From the NCBI GenBank assembly GCA_001662655.1, contig KV460277.1: a stretch of 64,000 bases of DNA. One strand, written 5' to 3'. This DNA is from Pseudogymnoascus verrucosus. Lineage: Eukaryota. Shown here piece after piece: positions 35,914-49,869 of this stretch. Position 1 is the stretch's first letter. Every line of letters starts with the position of its first letter. The position numbers and the translations under genes were made by a program. The notes under the pieces were generated by a model, which saw only the letters and a program-made list of their open reading frames with translations, was not told where the DNA came from and made no database searches.

Positions 35914-36114
35914 CTTTTACAAGAGCCCTTCTTTGCTATTACAACCTCTTCACAGAGCTGCAGCTAACGTTGGTGACCTTCAGATACCGGATGTGACTGT
36001 TCTGCGGTGGACAGTAGACCATGCTGTCTAGCTGAAACTTTTACACTCTCTTTTGCCCACAGCTGTCTTCCATCCCATACGACAACTGCAAGCTCTACTA
36101 CCTGACAATTCACA

Positions 36115-36952
36115 ATGTCACAGCCAGATGCAGCTGCTGCGGCCCCTGCCAGCGACGTAACTGTTGCCAACGGGAGTCAGCCAGATGCTGGTGGATTCAA
36201 ACTGAAGTTCTGCACGGTTTGTGCCAGTAACAACAACAGGTATGTAGCCACACTAGTACTTCCCATCTCCAATCACTAAAGGTAGGCAACACAGATCTAT
36301 GGAAGCACATCTGCGACTCGCGGCAGCCAACTTCCCTGTCATCTCATTTGGCACGGGTTCTCTGGTGCGTCTGCCAGGAGCTTCCATGAACACCCCCAAC
36401 GTATACCACTTCAACAAGACCTCATACGATAGCATGTATAAGGAGCTTGACGCGAAGGATCCACGCTTGTACCGGGCAAATGGGATATTGAACATGCTTG
36501 ACCGGAATCGCAACGTGAAATGGGGACCAGAGCGATGGCAGGACTGGCAGGTTGGGATGCCTAGACTAGATCATGCGAAGGAGAGAGGGTTTGAGGGGAC
36601 GGAGGGGGGAGTTGCTGATATCGTGATCACTTGTGAAGAGAGATGCTGGGACGCTGTAGTTGACGACCTCCTCAGCCGAGGCTCGCCCTTGAACCGCCCA
36701 GTTCACGTCATCAACGTGGACATCAAGGATAACCATGAAGAGGCCTTGGTGGGCGGACGCGGCATCTTGGATCTCGCCGAGTCGCTGAACAAGGCAGCCG
36801 CAGAGGAGCGTGATATCCGTGGAGCGTCATCCTTTGACCAGGGCAGTGCTGCGAGTCGGTCGGGCTTCGACGAGAGGGTCCCGGACATTATCGGTGAATG
36901 GCAGGAGCGATGGCCAAACCTACCCGCGACATGGACACTGGCCTGGTTTTAA
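36115..36952 (+). CDS. SSU72: RNA polymerase II CTD phosphatase Ssu72
   Basis: [60 protein letters not shown]. One coding intron at 36240-36294. Confidence 0.95.
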
Positions 36953-37492
36953 GATGGGGTGGCCAATGCTTTTATGCTGTCGGCGTGTGCGCGAAGATAT
37001 ACCCAGTTGGCTTCGACGAAATGATGAAGAAATGAAATGCATTGTATAATTTGACGAGTCTCACTCAACACAAATGGATCCGTCCATCCATCCGTCATCC
37101 ATCCATCCCGTGGGTGTCGTTGCACCGGAACATCCGAAACAAAGCAAACATGATGAATGAATCCGCAGTGAAACACCGTGCACTTAGGTTGCAGAATCTT
37201 CTGGCCATCAAACATTGAAATTGGAACTGTGCATACTTGGGTTGTTGGATTGTCTTACTCGGAGACTCGTTCGTGCGTACGTACTCTCCGTTGTTGGTGC
37301 CACCCGGCGCAGTCGCGGGCTGGATCAGCTAAAATGTTTAGATTGTGCGTTTATGCGCTTTACAGGGGATCCTGTTCAGGCTGTTCCTGACTAGAAGAGA
37401 CCCAATGGGAAGATTTGATTGGATAGCTGGTCGATCCGGGGATAACTAAACTTGGTACCTGTCCAACCTTTTCCAACCTCAGCGCCTCTCCA

Positions 37493-37620
37493 GACTCTCC
37501 AGACTCTCCAGACTCTTCCGTGTCCTCCACAATTGGCTGTGTGCCATACTTGTAGAACGGTTAGTATGGATGTAGTATGATATGGATCAGAGTATGGATC
37601 AGAGTATGGATCACAGTATG
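37493..37620. repeat. Short tandem repeats (CCAGACTCT)x3 and (TATGGATCAGAG)x3
   Basis: Read directly in the SSU72-SPA2 intergenic region. Confidence 0.75.
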
Positions 37621-38886
37621 ACACAACTCCGACCTGAATTGTACAATACCATACAATATCACAGATCACTTTCCTTTTTATGAATTCTCACATTGCGATT
37701 TATGATCGAGGTACTGTACATACATAACTTTGTCTCCAAGAGTAATCCAAGTACATTCCTACCATCCTATATTACATCTCATTTTAAAAAGAAGCTTCTG
37801 TAATTCCCAACCCCTTGTTGATATACCGTCCCACTTGGCTTCGCCCCCCCGAGTTACGTGTGAGACCGTAGGAAGGAAAGGAGTCGAACGGGATATTCCT
37901 CTGCACATCTAAAGTGGAAGCGTGAACACTTTTGCACGTTTTAAATTACTTCTGGAGCGATCGTCGTCGTCTCTGCTGTACTTTCTGTGCCGTACAGTAA
38001 AACTACAGAGTAGTAGTACTGAACATCAATCTGTACTCCGTACTCCGTACTCTGTACTCCCTATACCGCCTGGCTGTCGCATGTCTTCTGCCCAGAGTCT
38101 TATGTTCTGCGTGTTCCGTGTGTCTCTCTGTGTCCCGAACTAGGGAATTGCGAAAAATCCCATCGCATCCTGTCTGGCCTGTCTTTCTGCGGTGCTGGGT
38201 ACATAAAGTCACTTAAAGTCTATCTGGATCACAACAGCCACTTTTTAGCGCTATCCGACCACGCGCCCTCAACTCACCACCACTTAACCTCCCCCGTCCA
38301 CTTTTGGCCCTTTCGCCATAATTCACCCTTACACCCCCATTCATACTTTCAGGGCCTCGATCCTCCCACCTTGCCCACTCTTCTTCCTCTTCTCGACCAT
38401 CGACCAAAAAGTATTGCTGCTGCTCTACTTTAAAACTAGCTTCACCAAGGGCTCTTGATATCCGAGCCGTCGAGGGGTTCTGAGCTGGTACCTCGCCGAA
38501 AGACTGCGTGCGGTCCTCCCCTTGCCATCACCGACTTTCTTTCAACTCCCGCCAACCACACGTCCACCTCGCGCCGACCTTGCCAACGCTACGAGCAGAG
38601 CTACGAATAGCGAACCCATACGGTTGAACGGCGGCGCTCTGAATAATTCACGAGATTCATGTCTGACGCCAATTACACTTTAATGTACAATTAAGAATAA
38701 TCGCCGACGTCCTGCGTTTCAAGATCCGACTCTTCGAGCCACGAACCCGCGGATATACCTGAACATATATTATTTGAACGATAGATAGAAGCTGAGGAGG
38801 ATATATATTTTGTGCCGAGCCTGGATTACCTGCTGTCGCTTTGTCGCAACCAGTCTGTGGACCTACAATAAAGCGACTACCATACA

Positions 38887-41744
38887 ATGAATCGAAGCCC
38901 CGGACCTTTGTCCCCAGTCTCAATAGGAGGCGGAAGCGAGTGGTCGGGCATCTCCAAATACCAGGGACTCGAGGAGAACCCTCCATACTCCCCGAACAAT
39001 CGCGGAAATCTAATAACACCACCGGTCTCGAGCGGCTCCAACGGGATGATGAACGGAGGAGGCTTTCCTCCCAGGGGACCTGAGAGCCAGAACGGAAATG
39101 TGCCTTCACCGCCAGCATCGATAGCGCGCTCCAGCATCCCGACAAGTCTTTACAATGGGTCGATGAACGGAGGGCCTGCTGGTGGGCGAGACCGCAGGGA
39201 TGAACAGTTTGAGGGCATACTGAGCGAGCACTACGTCTCTCTCAAGCGGTTTCTGGCTGCGTCTCTGCGCGATGAGAAGGGCAACCCGAGGCCGAACAAG
39301 GCGCGAGACAAGCTGCTGCGACTGTCGCCCGTGCAATTCCAGGAACTGAGTACGGATGTGTTCGACGAGTTATTGCGGAGGCAGGCCGCGGGCCGCAACC
39401 AATCTGTCGCTGGACTGAACGAACAAAACGCCCCACCGCAATTCCTGCTCCCCAAAGACACCTTCCACCCAAAGCGCAACCAGGCGCGACAAAAACTGTC
39501 CACGCTACCACCGCCACGGTTTAGGGACCTGGCAACCGATGTATTCTACGAGCTGGAGCGGAGGTTTCCAAGGTTTGCTGGAGGGGATATCAGCCGGAGC
39601 GGGAATGGAACACCGGTCGACCCGAGAATGCGGATGCGGAGGCCGTCGGAGGCCAGCTCAGTGGGATACGCGAGAAGCGAATCTCGAGGTACAACTCGCG
39701 GTCTGGGAGGCGGGCAGCCTGGGTCTCCTGGTATGCCACCGAACGACTACGGCCGGCCACAACCCAAGACATTCCAGAGCAACACGCTGGTGCCTAATAA
39801 GAGTACAATGGTGGAGGATGATGACGACCAGGATAATGACTCGGATGCATTTGGATTAGAGAGCGCGGTAACAGCGGGCGTTGGTGCAAAATCAGAGGTA
39901 TGTGATAGTGAGAGTCGTGCGCATATCACTGCTAACCAATATACAGGAGGATAAAAAGCAATTAAAAGAGTACGAGGAGCAAGTGGTCGCGCTCCAAGAG
40001 AAGGTCGGCGGGCTGGAAGAGAAATTACGGCAGAAGGACGAGGAGCTTAATGATGTTCTGGACGGCGAACGTAGCAGGTCGACAGCTGCGAATGCAGAGA
40101 AGCAGGAGTTTTCGGATCTGCGGTTGAAGCTGGAAGAGAAGCTGGCAGACGCCGAAAACCTGAACGTGTCGCTACAGTCGGAACTCGACAGGCTACGCGC
40201 CGAGCACTCGGAGACGGAGAGGGACCTGAGCGATCAGTTAGAACAACTGCGCGTCTCAGGAGGAGGCGGAGGTGGGAATGAGGCACTGGAGCGCGAGAAC
40301 GAGGAGTTGAGGGCTGAGTTGGAGGAGCAGCAACAGACGACGGATGATGTTCGACGAGAGGCTGGTAATTTCTTGAGGGAGATGAAGTTGCTCACCGAGC
40401 GCAATGGGACGTCCTGGGAGAAGGAGGAGCAGCTTGTGATTCAAGTCAACAGGCTAGAAGCCGAGGTCGAGGACTGGAGGAACCGATACGCAAGGACGAA
40501 GACCCAATTACGAAATGCCCGGGCTTCGTCGATTGGCCTCACCATCCAACCTAAACAGACTACGAGCAGCCATAACTCTCCTGATGGACTGGTCAAGGAT
40601 GTCCACGTCACCAAATTCCAGATCTCTATCGATGAGCTGCTACGAACCGCTCGCTCTGAGACCCCCGAGAACGTTGTTGAGTACATGAAGAACGTGGTTA
40701 TCTGCGTCCGCAGTATTACGCAAGACATCGACAACTCCACAAACAACCCCGAACTTGCTCAAGGCCTGGCGAAACTCAAGGCCCGCGTCTCCGCAACTGC
40801 CAACAACCTGATCACCGCCTCCAAGAACTTCACAGCCGCCAAGGGACTCTCACCCGTCTCCCTCCTCGACGCCGCAGCATCCCACCTCACCACCTCCGTC
40901 GTCGAGCTCGTCAGCACCGTCAGGATCCGCCCCACGCCCGCCGGCGAACTCGAAGACGACGACAACGAAACCCTCCAGCCCATCGAGACCCCAAGCTACT
41001 ACCCCACCAACGGCGACCTCAAGGAAAACATCTCCGCCCCCTTCATGGGAATGCGCCAGAGCAACGTGTCCTCCATGTACAGCCCGGTCAACTCACCGCG
41101 CGACTCTAGAGTTCCCCGCTCCCGCAGCGGCTCCAAGACCGAGCCATGGCGCCGCTCGATCTCGCGTAGTGGGCAGAACGGCATGAATGGGAAGCTACCA
41201 CCCGCACCGCTTGGGTCTATGGGCGCCTTCGGGATCCGCGGACCGGAGCAAAACAACGAGATTGAAGATCTGAAGGTACGACCTACGCCACCCTGAAACA
41301 ATACTTTATCCCGTACGATATACTAACACTCCCTAGATCTTCCTCGAAGACCAAACCGCCTTCCTCGTCCAAATGATCCAATCCCTCGTCTCGAGCATCC
41401 GCTCCGACAACGGCGTCGACGCCATCATCGGCGAGCTCGCCTCCATCGCCGCCGTCGTCGAGAAAGTCATGTCCGCCACCGAGTCCAGCATGGACGGCCG
41501 CTCCGACGCGGCCGCCCAGCTGCGCCAGGAAGCCGAGGGCATAGTGCGAAAGCTCGAGGCGTGCCGCGAGCGCGTCCTCGATGCCGGGGAGCGCGGGGCG
41601 GAGCTCGCTCGCGAGCAGGCTACGGATGCGGAGTGGAAGGTCTGGACGCAGGGGTTGCCGCCGGTGGCGTTTGAGATTGCGAGGGAGACGAAGGAGTTGG
41701 TTAGGGTGGTGGATGGGTTGGATGAGGAGGAGGATTTCGCGTAG
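38887..41744 (+). CDS. SPA2: Polarisome scaffold Spa2 (two SHD repeats, coiled coil, GIT-like C-terminus)
   Basis: ARDKLLRLSPVQFQELSTDVFDELLRR and RNQARQKLSTLPPPRFRDLATDVFYELERR; C-terminal LPPVAFEIARETKELV. Introns at ~39898-39947 and ~41276-41336. Confidence 0.92.
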
Positions 41745-42487
41745 ATGGACCGCGTGGGGGAGTTGGGGTGGATGGATACCCAGTACATAAGGAGGGGAAG
41801 GGGGATACACGAGAGCCTGTTTGTTTTTGCGGGATACCTTTGATTGATCTTGCCAGGCATTTTGGGCTGGCTGGCTGCCTACCTCGAAAGGGGGGTTTAT
41901 CATTCGTGTGCTTAGCTTTTTCTGCGTGTTTTGTTTGCCCTCCATACCCCCGTGGACAATTTGTCTCTGGCAGGCGGAGAGGCTTCTTTTCAGTTCTCTA
42001 GAGCGGGTTTTATGTGGTCAGTTTTTTGAGGGGTTGTCATGTGTGGAGGAGGGAGGGAGAGGGGGGATAAAAAACATTCACGCGTTTATGGTTACGGTCG
42101 AATTGCATAAGGGGGGAGGAGACCGGGGAGGGGGTTGCATAGGAAATAGATAGCCCAGAGGGGCATGTAGGTGGTGGTGCATTGAGGCGGAGAAAGGGTT
42201 AATTCGCTAATTTGTATTACTATGTGTGTTTACATCCCGTTGAATGTGTTCTTTGATTTGGGTGACTGTGGTGGGTTATGAGGCTGGCTAGTTTGGGTGG
42301 TGGGTGGGGGATATTGTTGGATATGGGAAAATAGCTGACTACAGCTGGTTTATAACGATAGACACAGAATCCCCACCTGAGCCGATGCCACTTACTGTTG
42401 GATGTATGCCTGACATCTTTACATATATGGGGGGAAAGCTATGGAGTCTAACTCCCAAGACTTTCTATGCTAATCCACGGGTCCAGT

Positions 42488-42612
42488 CAGAACCAACAGC
42501 AACAGTGAGAACTAACAGTAAAAGTGAGAACTAATAGTAACAGTGAGAACTAACAGCACTAGTGAGAACTAACAGCAACAGCGAGAACTAACAGCAACAG
42601 TGATAACCAACA
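42488..42612. repeat. 19-bp minisatellite (GAGAACTAACAGCAACAGT), about 6 copies
   Basis: cagaaccaacagcaacagt gagaactaacagtaaaagt gagaactaatagtaacagt gagaactaacagcactagt gagaactaacagcaacagc gagaactaacagcaacagt. Confidence 0.9.
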
Positions 42613-43233
42613 ACCCAACACCTATACCAACAACCCAACAGTGGGTATTCGCTGGTGGTCACCCACCCAACTACTAATCCACTGATCTCAAGCAATCCTC
42701 TGCATAATACTTAAATTGGTGCCATCTGGCCTAGTGGGTGAGTCTCGCCGCCCTTATCCTTATTTTGTGATCGCGGCTATCTCGACCACCTCGACCAACC
42801 AAATGTGGGACCATTTTTGACACCGCGTTGCACCGCCCTGCACTCATCACTGCTGCATTCCGTCACTTTAGCTAGTAACTTAAAGATACGGGATCCCAGG
42901 AAAGTCGCCTGTCATCCGTTAAAAGTGCGTACGATGACGTCAACACGAGCCGCACTAGCCATAAGCCCATTCGCGATTCTTAATGCATCTTAACTCCGGA
43001 GAACCGGAGAATCAGAGTATTTTAACTAAATTATTCCACTTCCCATTTCATGCGATTTATCCTCTGCCTAAGCGATGCGGATATCACTGTCACTCTTCTC
43101 TGTACAGCCCACAAGCTACAGGGAATTTCCTCGACACTTGAAGTGGCAGCAATGGAGAACAAACCCGGTAGCTGGTTACCCACCTGCTTAGAGAGCACTT
43201 CGTCGCAAGAGCATAACGCAGCGTATCGACCTA

Positions 43234-45053
43234 ATGGCCAGGCAGGACCTATACAACCAACGTGGTTCCTATTCAGATCATTCCGATTCGATCGCGCCTC
43301 AGCCTAGCTATGCTTCGGACAACGCTTGGATGCATACACGGAGCGATAGCCATGGCCCCAACGCCGCCTTGAGAGGACCGACTCCACCCGACGTTTTCAG
43401 CAAGCTCTCGGCTGCAATCCCCGACTTGCGCCCTCTTGACTCTGGAGCTCGGGCAGCAACAAGAGCAGAGCAAAAGATTACCTTTCTGGGCGGCTGCCGA
43501 TTGTATCCCAAGGCTATGGCGTGGTCGATGGCTATATCCTCTACGATTATTATGGAAGGGTTCGACACCCTTCTAATCTTTAGTTTCTTTTCCCATCCCA
43601 CTTTCAGACGAGCTTATGGTGTGTCCACTGGCAATGGCAACTATGAGATTCCTACCCGCTGGCAATTTGGCCTTCCTACGGCGGCGGAGGCAGGAGAGAT
43701 TGTTGGATTGCTTCTTAGTGGCGTAGTGGCCGATCGCATTGGGTATCGTTTTACACTAGCGGCAGCCTTGATTTTCCTCTTTCTCAGCGTCTTCTTATCA
43801 TTTTTCGCCGTAAGTCTGGAGTTGTTGTTGGCGGGGCAGATCTTATGCGGTATCCCATGGGGTGTCTTTCAGACACTGTCCATCAACTACGCTGGTATGT
43901 GAAGTGGTTTCGAAGGTCTGGATTGCACCTGTTAATGGCTGTGGTAGCTGAAGTGATGCCAGTAACGCTCCGTGGATACCTTCTTGCTAACATTAATTTA
44001 TGCTGGGTATGGGGCCAACTCCTCGCAACCGGCATAGTCAAGGCGTTAGTCAATAACAGCTCCCAATGGTCATATCGCCTTCCATTTGCTTTGCAATGGG
44101 TGATCGGCGTACCCGTGTTCATCGCTGTTCTTCTAGCACCTGAATCGCCGTGGTGGTTGATCCGGGACAACCGCTTGGAAGCAGCCAAAAGTTCGTTGCT
44201 GCGGCTGACAACAAAGGGGACAGTCAACGTCAATGAAACGGCCGCAGTAATGACGTATACCAACGAAGTTGAAAAGTACTTGAATGATAAACCCAGCATC
44301 GCGTACCTGGACTGCTTCAAGCGTTCCGATCTCCGACGAACCGAAATTACCTGCGTGGTGTGGGTTACACAGCAAGTTTGTGGTACCAGCCTGCTAGGCT
44401 GGGCGGCATACTTTTACGAGCAGGCCGGACTTCAGACCAACGACGCTTTCAGTCTGTCAGTGGGAACCTATGGTCTGGCCGTTGTGGGCAATGTGGTTTC
44501 TTGGTTTCTGCTGCGACGCGTCGGTCGGCGTAGACTTTACCTTGGCGGGCTCTTGACCATGCTTATTACTCTACTGGCTATAGGGGGTGTAGGGGTGGCT
44601 CCTACATCCCGAGGCCAATCGTGGACCCTTGGTTCTCTTCTTCTGGTCCTAACATTTATCTATCATTTGACCATCGGGCCAGTATGCTTTGTTCTGGTTG
44701 CGGAGATTCCCTCCACTCGGCTTCGTGTCAAGACCGCCGTCCTGGCCCGTGTTGCGTACAATCTAGCCGGCATCCTCATTAATTGGATGACTCCAAGGAT
44801 GTTGAGCCCGACTGCCTGGAACTGGAAGGGAAAGTCTGGTTTCTTCTTTGCCGGGACTACATTTTTGTGCTTGGTGTACTGTTACTGGAGGCTCCCGGAG
44901 ACATTGGGCTTAAGCTATCTCGAGATTAATGTCCTGTTTGAGAGAAAAGCGAAAGTCAGCAAGTTCCGGGAGCTTCAGATTAATTTGGACAGCTTGGGCT
45001 ATTTTAGCATGGACAGAGCAGAGCGAGACCAGTTACCCTTCCGAGCATATTGA
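43234..45053 (+). CDS. MFS sugar porter, maltose/alpha-glucoside permease family
   Basis: YPKAMAWS..IIMEGFD, LCGIPWGVFQ..YAAEVMPVTLRGYL, YRLPFALQW, PESPWWL, RRTEI, AEIPSTRLRVKT, WNWKGKSGFF, LPET. Intron at 43895-43948. Confidence 0.9.
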
Positions 45054-46787
45054 GAAAGGTTTCTCCTTTGTAATAGTACATTATATTTTTGTGCAAATTT
45101 ACCATTTTACGCATAGCAAAGGCAGCGAGACATCGGATATTGATCGCAGACCTACCACGTGACACGACTCACCCTGAGCGCGTTAAGATTGCGTCTTTCA
45201 GCCTACAGTACGGCGCGAAAAGTATTTATACGGTCTGTGGACAAATAGGTGTACAAACCGCTTTATTTGCTGCAATTGGTGGACAGGCCCGTACGAGTAC
45301 TGTTGGCGGTGTACTGTAGGCGTTCTGGTTCCAATCGGGAAATCATTGGCGGGTGGCTTCTTGAAAGCATTCGACAAGCTGATTTTTCGACCGGGATATT
45401 TGTTGGGGGGGGATTTGCGTGTTGGATAAGGTGCTTGGGACGAGGTCGTTTGTACCGTATGCAGCGAAGGGAACAGGTGAAGTTGTTGGTATGGTGGATG
45501 TGGATTCAGGGGCAGTTGACGTTCAGCGGGAAGGGATATTGCCTGACCGCCACGGGAGATAAAGACTGAACAGCAAGGAAAGCTGGTGGGGAAATAGGAT
45601 CTGGGATACCAGGATATTATCATATATAAATACGGTGTCAGTACCAGATGCCTTGACCATGGCACACCAGCACTGGACTCAGAAGGCCAAATACTTCCTG
45701 GCCAGCCACGACGCAGTAGAGCCTGCACCAATCGGAAAGGAGGGCAAAGTCAACTACCGACCGTATATCAAAAGGCGCCAATAATATTCTCACCGCTGCC
45801 AGTCGTAATGATAGTGGGAGTCAGCAATGCCAGCAGACACTACCAACGACGAGAACCAGTATCGACAGTGAGAACTAGCAATAACAGCAAGAAATAGTAG
45901 AGACAAAAGTCCAAGAAATAACAGCTGTTTAGGATTCGTATTCTTGATTCTCACGAGCCTCATTTCTGGCAAGAGATGGCATTGGTGAACGTTGGTTGAC
46001 ACATGAACCTATCTTCCGATGGTCTTTCGAATACGGCGCCTACCCATCTTTCTCATCCTACTTTAGTAACAGGCCTCATGGAAATGTCACCAGCACCTGA
46101 AACTAGGCATCTCATACTTAGTATAAATTCCTACTACTTCCTCTTACAGTCTCCGGAATATAGAATGTGCGAACCGCCTTTTATCGACAGGCGCCAGGAG
46201 AGATACTATCCCCAGCATTTTTGCTCATGGTATTTCGTTCGCTGCCCTGTAGAATGTTGACCTTTATTGCCTCTCTAATACTGAAAGATATAACAGGCCT
46301 TGTATGGTTGTATTACAACGCCATCACTTACGAGGGTAGCCAGGGGGTCAATGAAAAGAAGAGTCGCCAGGGAACGAAAATAGCAATACATCTTCTACTG
46401 GTAACATTATCGCTAATCAGTCCCCTACAACGTGACAGGCCACAAGAACTCCACGACGTGCAATATGCTGCATTAAGCCACCGCAAGTATCGCTACAGTA
46501 GTTTTAGTCTATCCTCCCCTCCCCCCCCTGAAATGGAGATCCCATCGCACCCCAAAACGCCAAAACTCTATCTCGACAAAAATCCCTGTCCAGTCTTCCA
46601 ATTTGCCCAAAAAGACGCCACATGCCACCTGCTCTAGAAGTGAAAAGTAAAGAAAGAAAGAACAAGAGAGTGTAGTGACACCATACCAGCAAGGGGTGTA
46701 GCTAGCTGACTGAGCCGTTTTCCATGCCAAGATGAGTGATTAATAATGTAACAATAAACCCCCTCCAAGACCCAATACTTGGCACCC

Positions 46788-48686
46788 CTAATGCGCGTGC
46801 CCGTCGTGCGAGTGGTCATGGCTGCCATCCGGGTGCGCGTGCCCGTGGCTACTACTACCCTGCGACACACTGCCGCGCGATCCACCGCCCCCATGCTGCC
46901 CCCCCGAAAGCGTCGGCGGCGGGCTCTTGGTAGAGCAGCAGCTCTTCCCTACGCAGTCGTCCACGCATTCCAGGAGACACACATCCACCGGCGTGGCGCG
47001 GGCGGTGCTATCGCCATCTCCGCCACCACCATTGGCATCACCGTGGTCGTGCGCTCTTTCGAGGCAGAACTCGGGTTGGATGGTGGCGCTGTGGATGCCG
47101 TATGCGTGAAGACACTTTCGGACGGCCTGGGAGACCTGCATGTAGCGTGCCGCGCCGCCCTCGGCGGAGATGTGGAAAGCGACCTGGATGTGCAGACTAG
47201 CGATGATCTGGGAGTCCGACAACTGCCAGATGTGGACATGGTGGCAGGATACGACGCCGGGGATATTCTGGATATCTTCCTTGATATCGTTGACGTCGAG
47301 GTGGTCGGGGGTGGCCTGGAGGAGAATCTTGGCAGTCGCGGAGGTCAGTGGGACGGCGGAGCGGAGAATGATGAGAGTGATGAAGAGGGAGACGGCCGGG
47401 TCGGCGTAGAACCGGTTCGGGGAGTCGGTGAGCCAGATTATGAGCGCGGAGATGATGACGCCGACGTTGCCGAGGGCGTCGCCGATGACGTGGAGGACCA
47501 TGGCGCGCATACCTAGGTCAGCGTGGTTGTGGCCGTGGCCGCCGCTGCCGTCCTTGCGGGGCTTGTTGTGGTTGTGGCCGACGTGCCAGGAGTCCTGGCG
47601 GATAGCTTGGTAGCCGTAGCCGTTACCTCCAGCTGGCTTGAGGCCATCTGATGGGCTGGAGCGGAGTGGAGAGTGCTCATTTGGCTCGGCTTGCTCGCCC
47701 GCTGGGGATGAGGGGCCAGGGGATTCGAAGTCGTCTGCGCTTTGGATGTCGTCTAGGGAGTTGCGGCTTGCTTCGATGATCTCCTGACGGAAACTGGCGG
47801 GGTGGATATTGATATCAGAGGCGAGGCGGCTTGTTATGCTGCTTGAGCGAACCTTGGGGCGTTTGTTGCGAGGGGACTTATTGCTGTTGTATCTGCCCAG
47901 GGAAAGTGATGGGTCGCTCCCCTTGGAAGTGCTGGCAGTCTCATCGGAGCTTGTAAACTTGGCCAATCTTTCCCTTCCTGAATCCGTGGAGCGTCTGGGA
48001 GTTCGTGTGGCTCGTGAAACCACAGCTTCTGGCAGAACATCTCCAACCCTCCCGGTCTCGTCAGCAAGATCGGCCGATGAGATGTCTACCGCGCCCATTT
48101 GTCCCTCCTCGGCTGTTCTAACGTCGTCGCCATGGTCATGTCCCTCGTGGCCGTGTGCATGCTCTTCAGGTCCGTGTGAATGTCCATGTCCACCGAGAAC
48201 GAAGAATCCCACGATATTCGAAGCCAGGCCCAAACAGCCAACAATCAGAATGAGTTGTGGGTTTGTAATAGTCGCAATGTTGACGAATCTTGTAATCGCC
48301 TCGAGGATGATAGAGAGACACAGGGCAATCAGGAATACGGCGTTGAAGAAGGCACCTAGAATCTCTGCTCGTAACCACTGTTGGAGAGTCAGACACGATT
48401 CTATATTTTGGAGCCGAAGACACTTACACCAAAGGAATATTTGTCCGAGCTAGACTTCTGCGCAGCTTTCACGGCCCATAGTCCGACGAGTAGAGATATA
48501 ATATCGTTCAGCTATCCCATGTTAGCGTAGCTCTTCCGTCTCGAGCACCAGCAGGCGTACCATGTGAAAGGCGTCAGCCATCAACGCCAGCGATCCCACC
48601 CAGATCCCAACGCCCAATTCGATGATGAAGAAGGCGATATCAATCACCAGCATCACAATAATCCGCGTCGACTTTGTCCACGCCAT
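46788..48686 (-). CDS. ZRC1: CDF-family zinc transporter (Zrc1/Cot1-like)
   Basis: SLALMADAFHMLND, RAEILGAFFNAVFLIALC, His-rich loop, LHVIGDALGN, ILLQATP, CHHVHIWQL, GIHSATIQPEF. Two introns. Confidence 0.92.
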
Positions 48687-49869
48687 CGTGGCTGGTGGCG
48701 AGCTGCTGCTCGGGTTCAGTTTTTCGTGTTTATTATTTCGTCCAGGTGTTGTGAAGGGGCGGCTCAAGCTGTGATATCCCTTGTTGATCCAATGTTTGTT
48801 GTCGGAGGAGCTGCCGTCAAACACAGCAGATGTAGTTGTCGTAGAAGCCAGATCCCAGAATGAATGGTCTATCGGTGAGTGAGGTCGTACCTGCGTCGCC
48901 ACAGTACCTCATTCACGAGCAGCCTCGCGTTACTCGACGTCGAGGCTAGTGGATGGAATTATGGAGATGGAGATCGGAGGGGACAGGTCAGGAGCTATGG
49001 TTGTACAAGTACCTAAGCGATGGCCTGGAATGTGTGTAATTATATGTACGAGTACGTAAACAAACCTATCACGCCATTCAAATAACGCAGTATCTCTGAA
49101 ACGGGGCAGTAAGGGGGATATATATTTGTATTGATATTGATATTGATATTTTATATGGCATGTGGCCAATTTGATTTCTCTGATGCACTTCGCCACTGCT
49201 CCTGTTATATGGACTGTACATACACATGCACACACACAAATCTTGACCGTTAGGAGACGACACCCGCGCGGCTATCTCATCTCGGATTTGTGCACGGAGT
49301 TATCATCTCTGGCCAGACCGGCCAACACACCCACCACCTCCTCTTAGCTTGGGATAGACAACACCAAGCCATAAGAGTAGCGCTGCTGTAGCGTAGCATG
49401 GGAGCATTGGGCACAGGGCACAGACGTGGAGTTCGCATGAGATGGATCTTTCGTGCATCTGTAGTGTAGCCTTGTGAAATAGTGTTTATGTGTCACTTTG
49501 TGGTCTACATGCTATGTACTGTGTTGTTATCGTTGCTTCAACAACCTTCCCCCTTTATAATCCAATCTCATTATTATCATTAGTATCCAATCAGTATTTT
49601 CCTCGTCGGGCTGCTCGTTAACCCGACTATTATTGTTGTTTTCAGATTATACAAGCTTGATCTTCTCTGTATCAGCTCACGGACTTGTCAACACCTGGGT
49701 ATTCGTAGGTTCAGCATTCTCACCATGGCACTATTTGTATCGGCCACAGTCACTGGCGAGATATAGGGGTAAGTTTCCGTCTCCTGTAGGTTAAGGCACA
49801 CATATCTCTCGGTCTGTGCCTTGTGCAGCCGAGGCTCAGCTGCTGGGCGTATCCAAGGTATAGCATTGT

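Noticed and set aside
42996..43012. CCGGAGAACCGGAGAA as a Zn2Cys6 (MalR/AmyR-type) site upstream of the permease
   Set aside because: The CGG spacing (N5) does not match the spacings I know for those factors, and the motif is too short to support.
45198..45731. 177 aa minus-strand ORF
   Set aside because: Non-ATG start, no motifs and no coding-like composition.
46779..47516. 245 aa antisense ORF over ZRC1, and similar antisense ORFs over GC-rich genes
   Set aside because: Shadow ORFs caused by codon bias of the sense gene.
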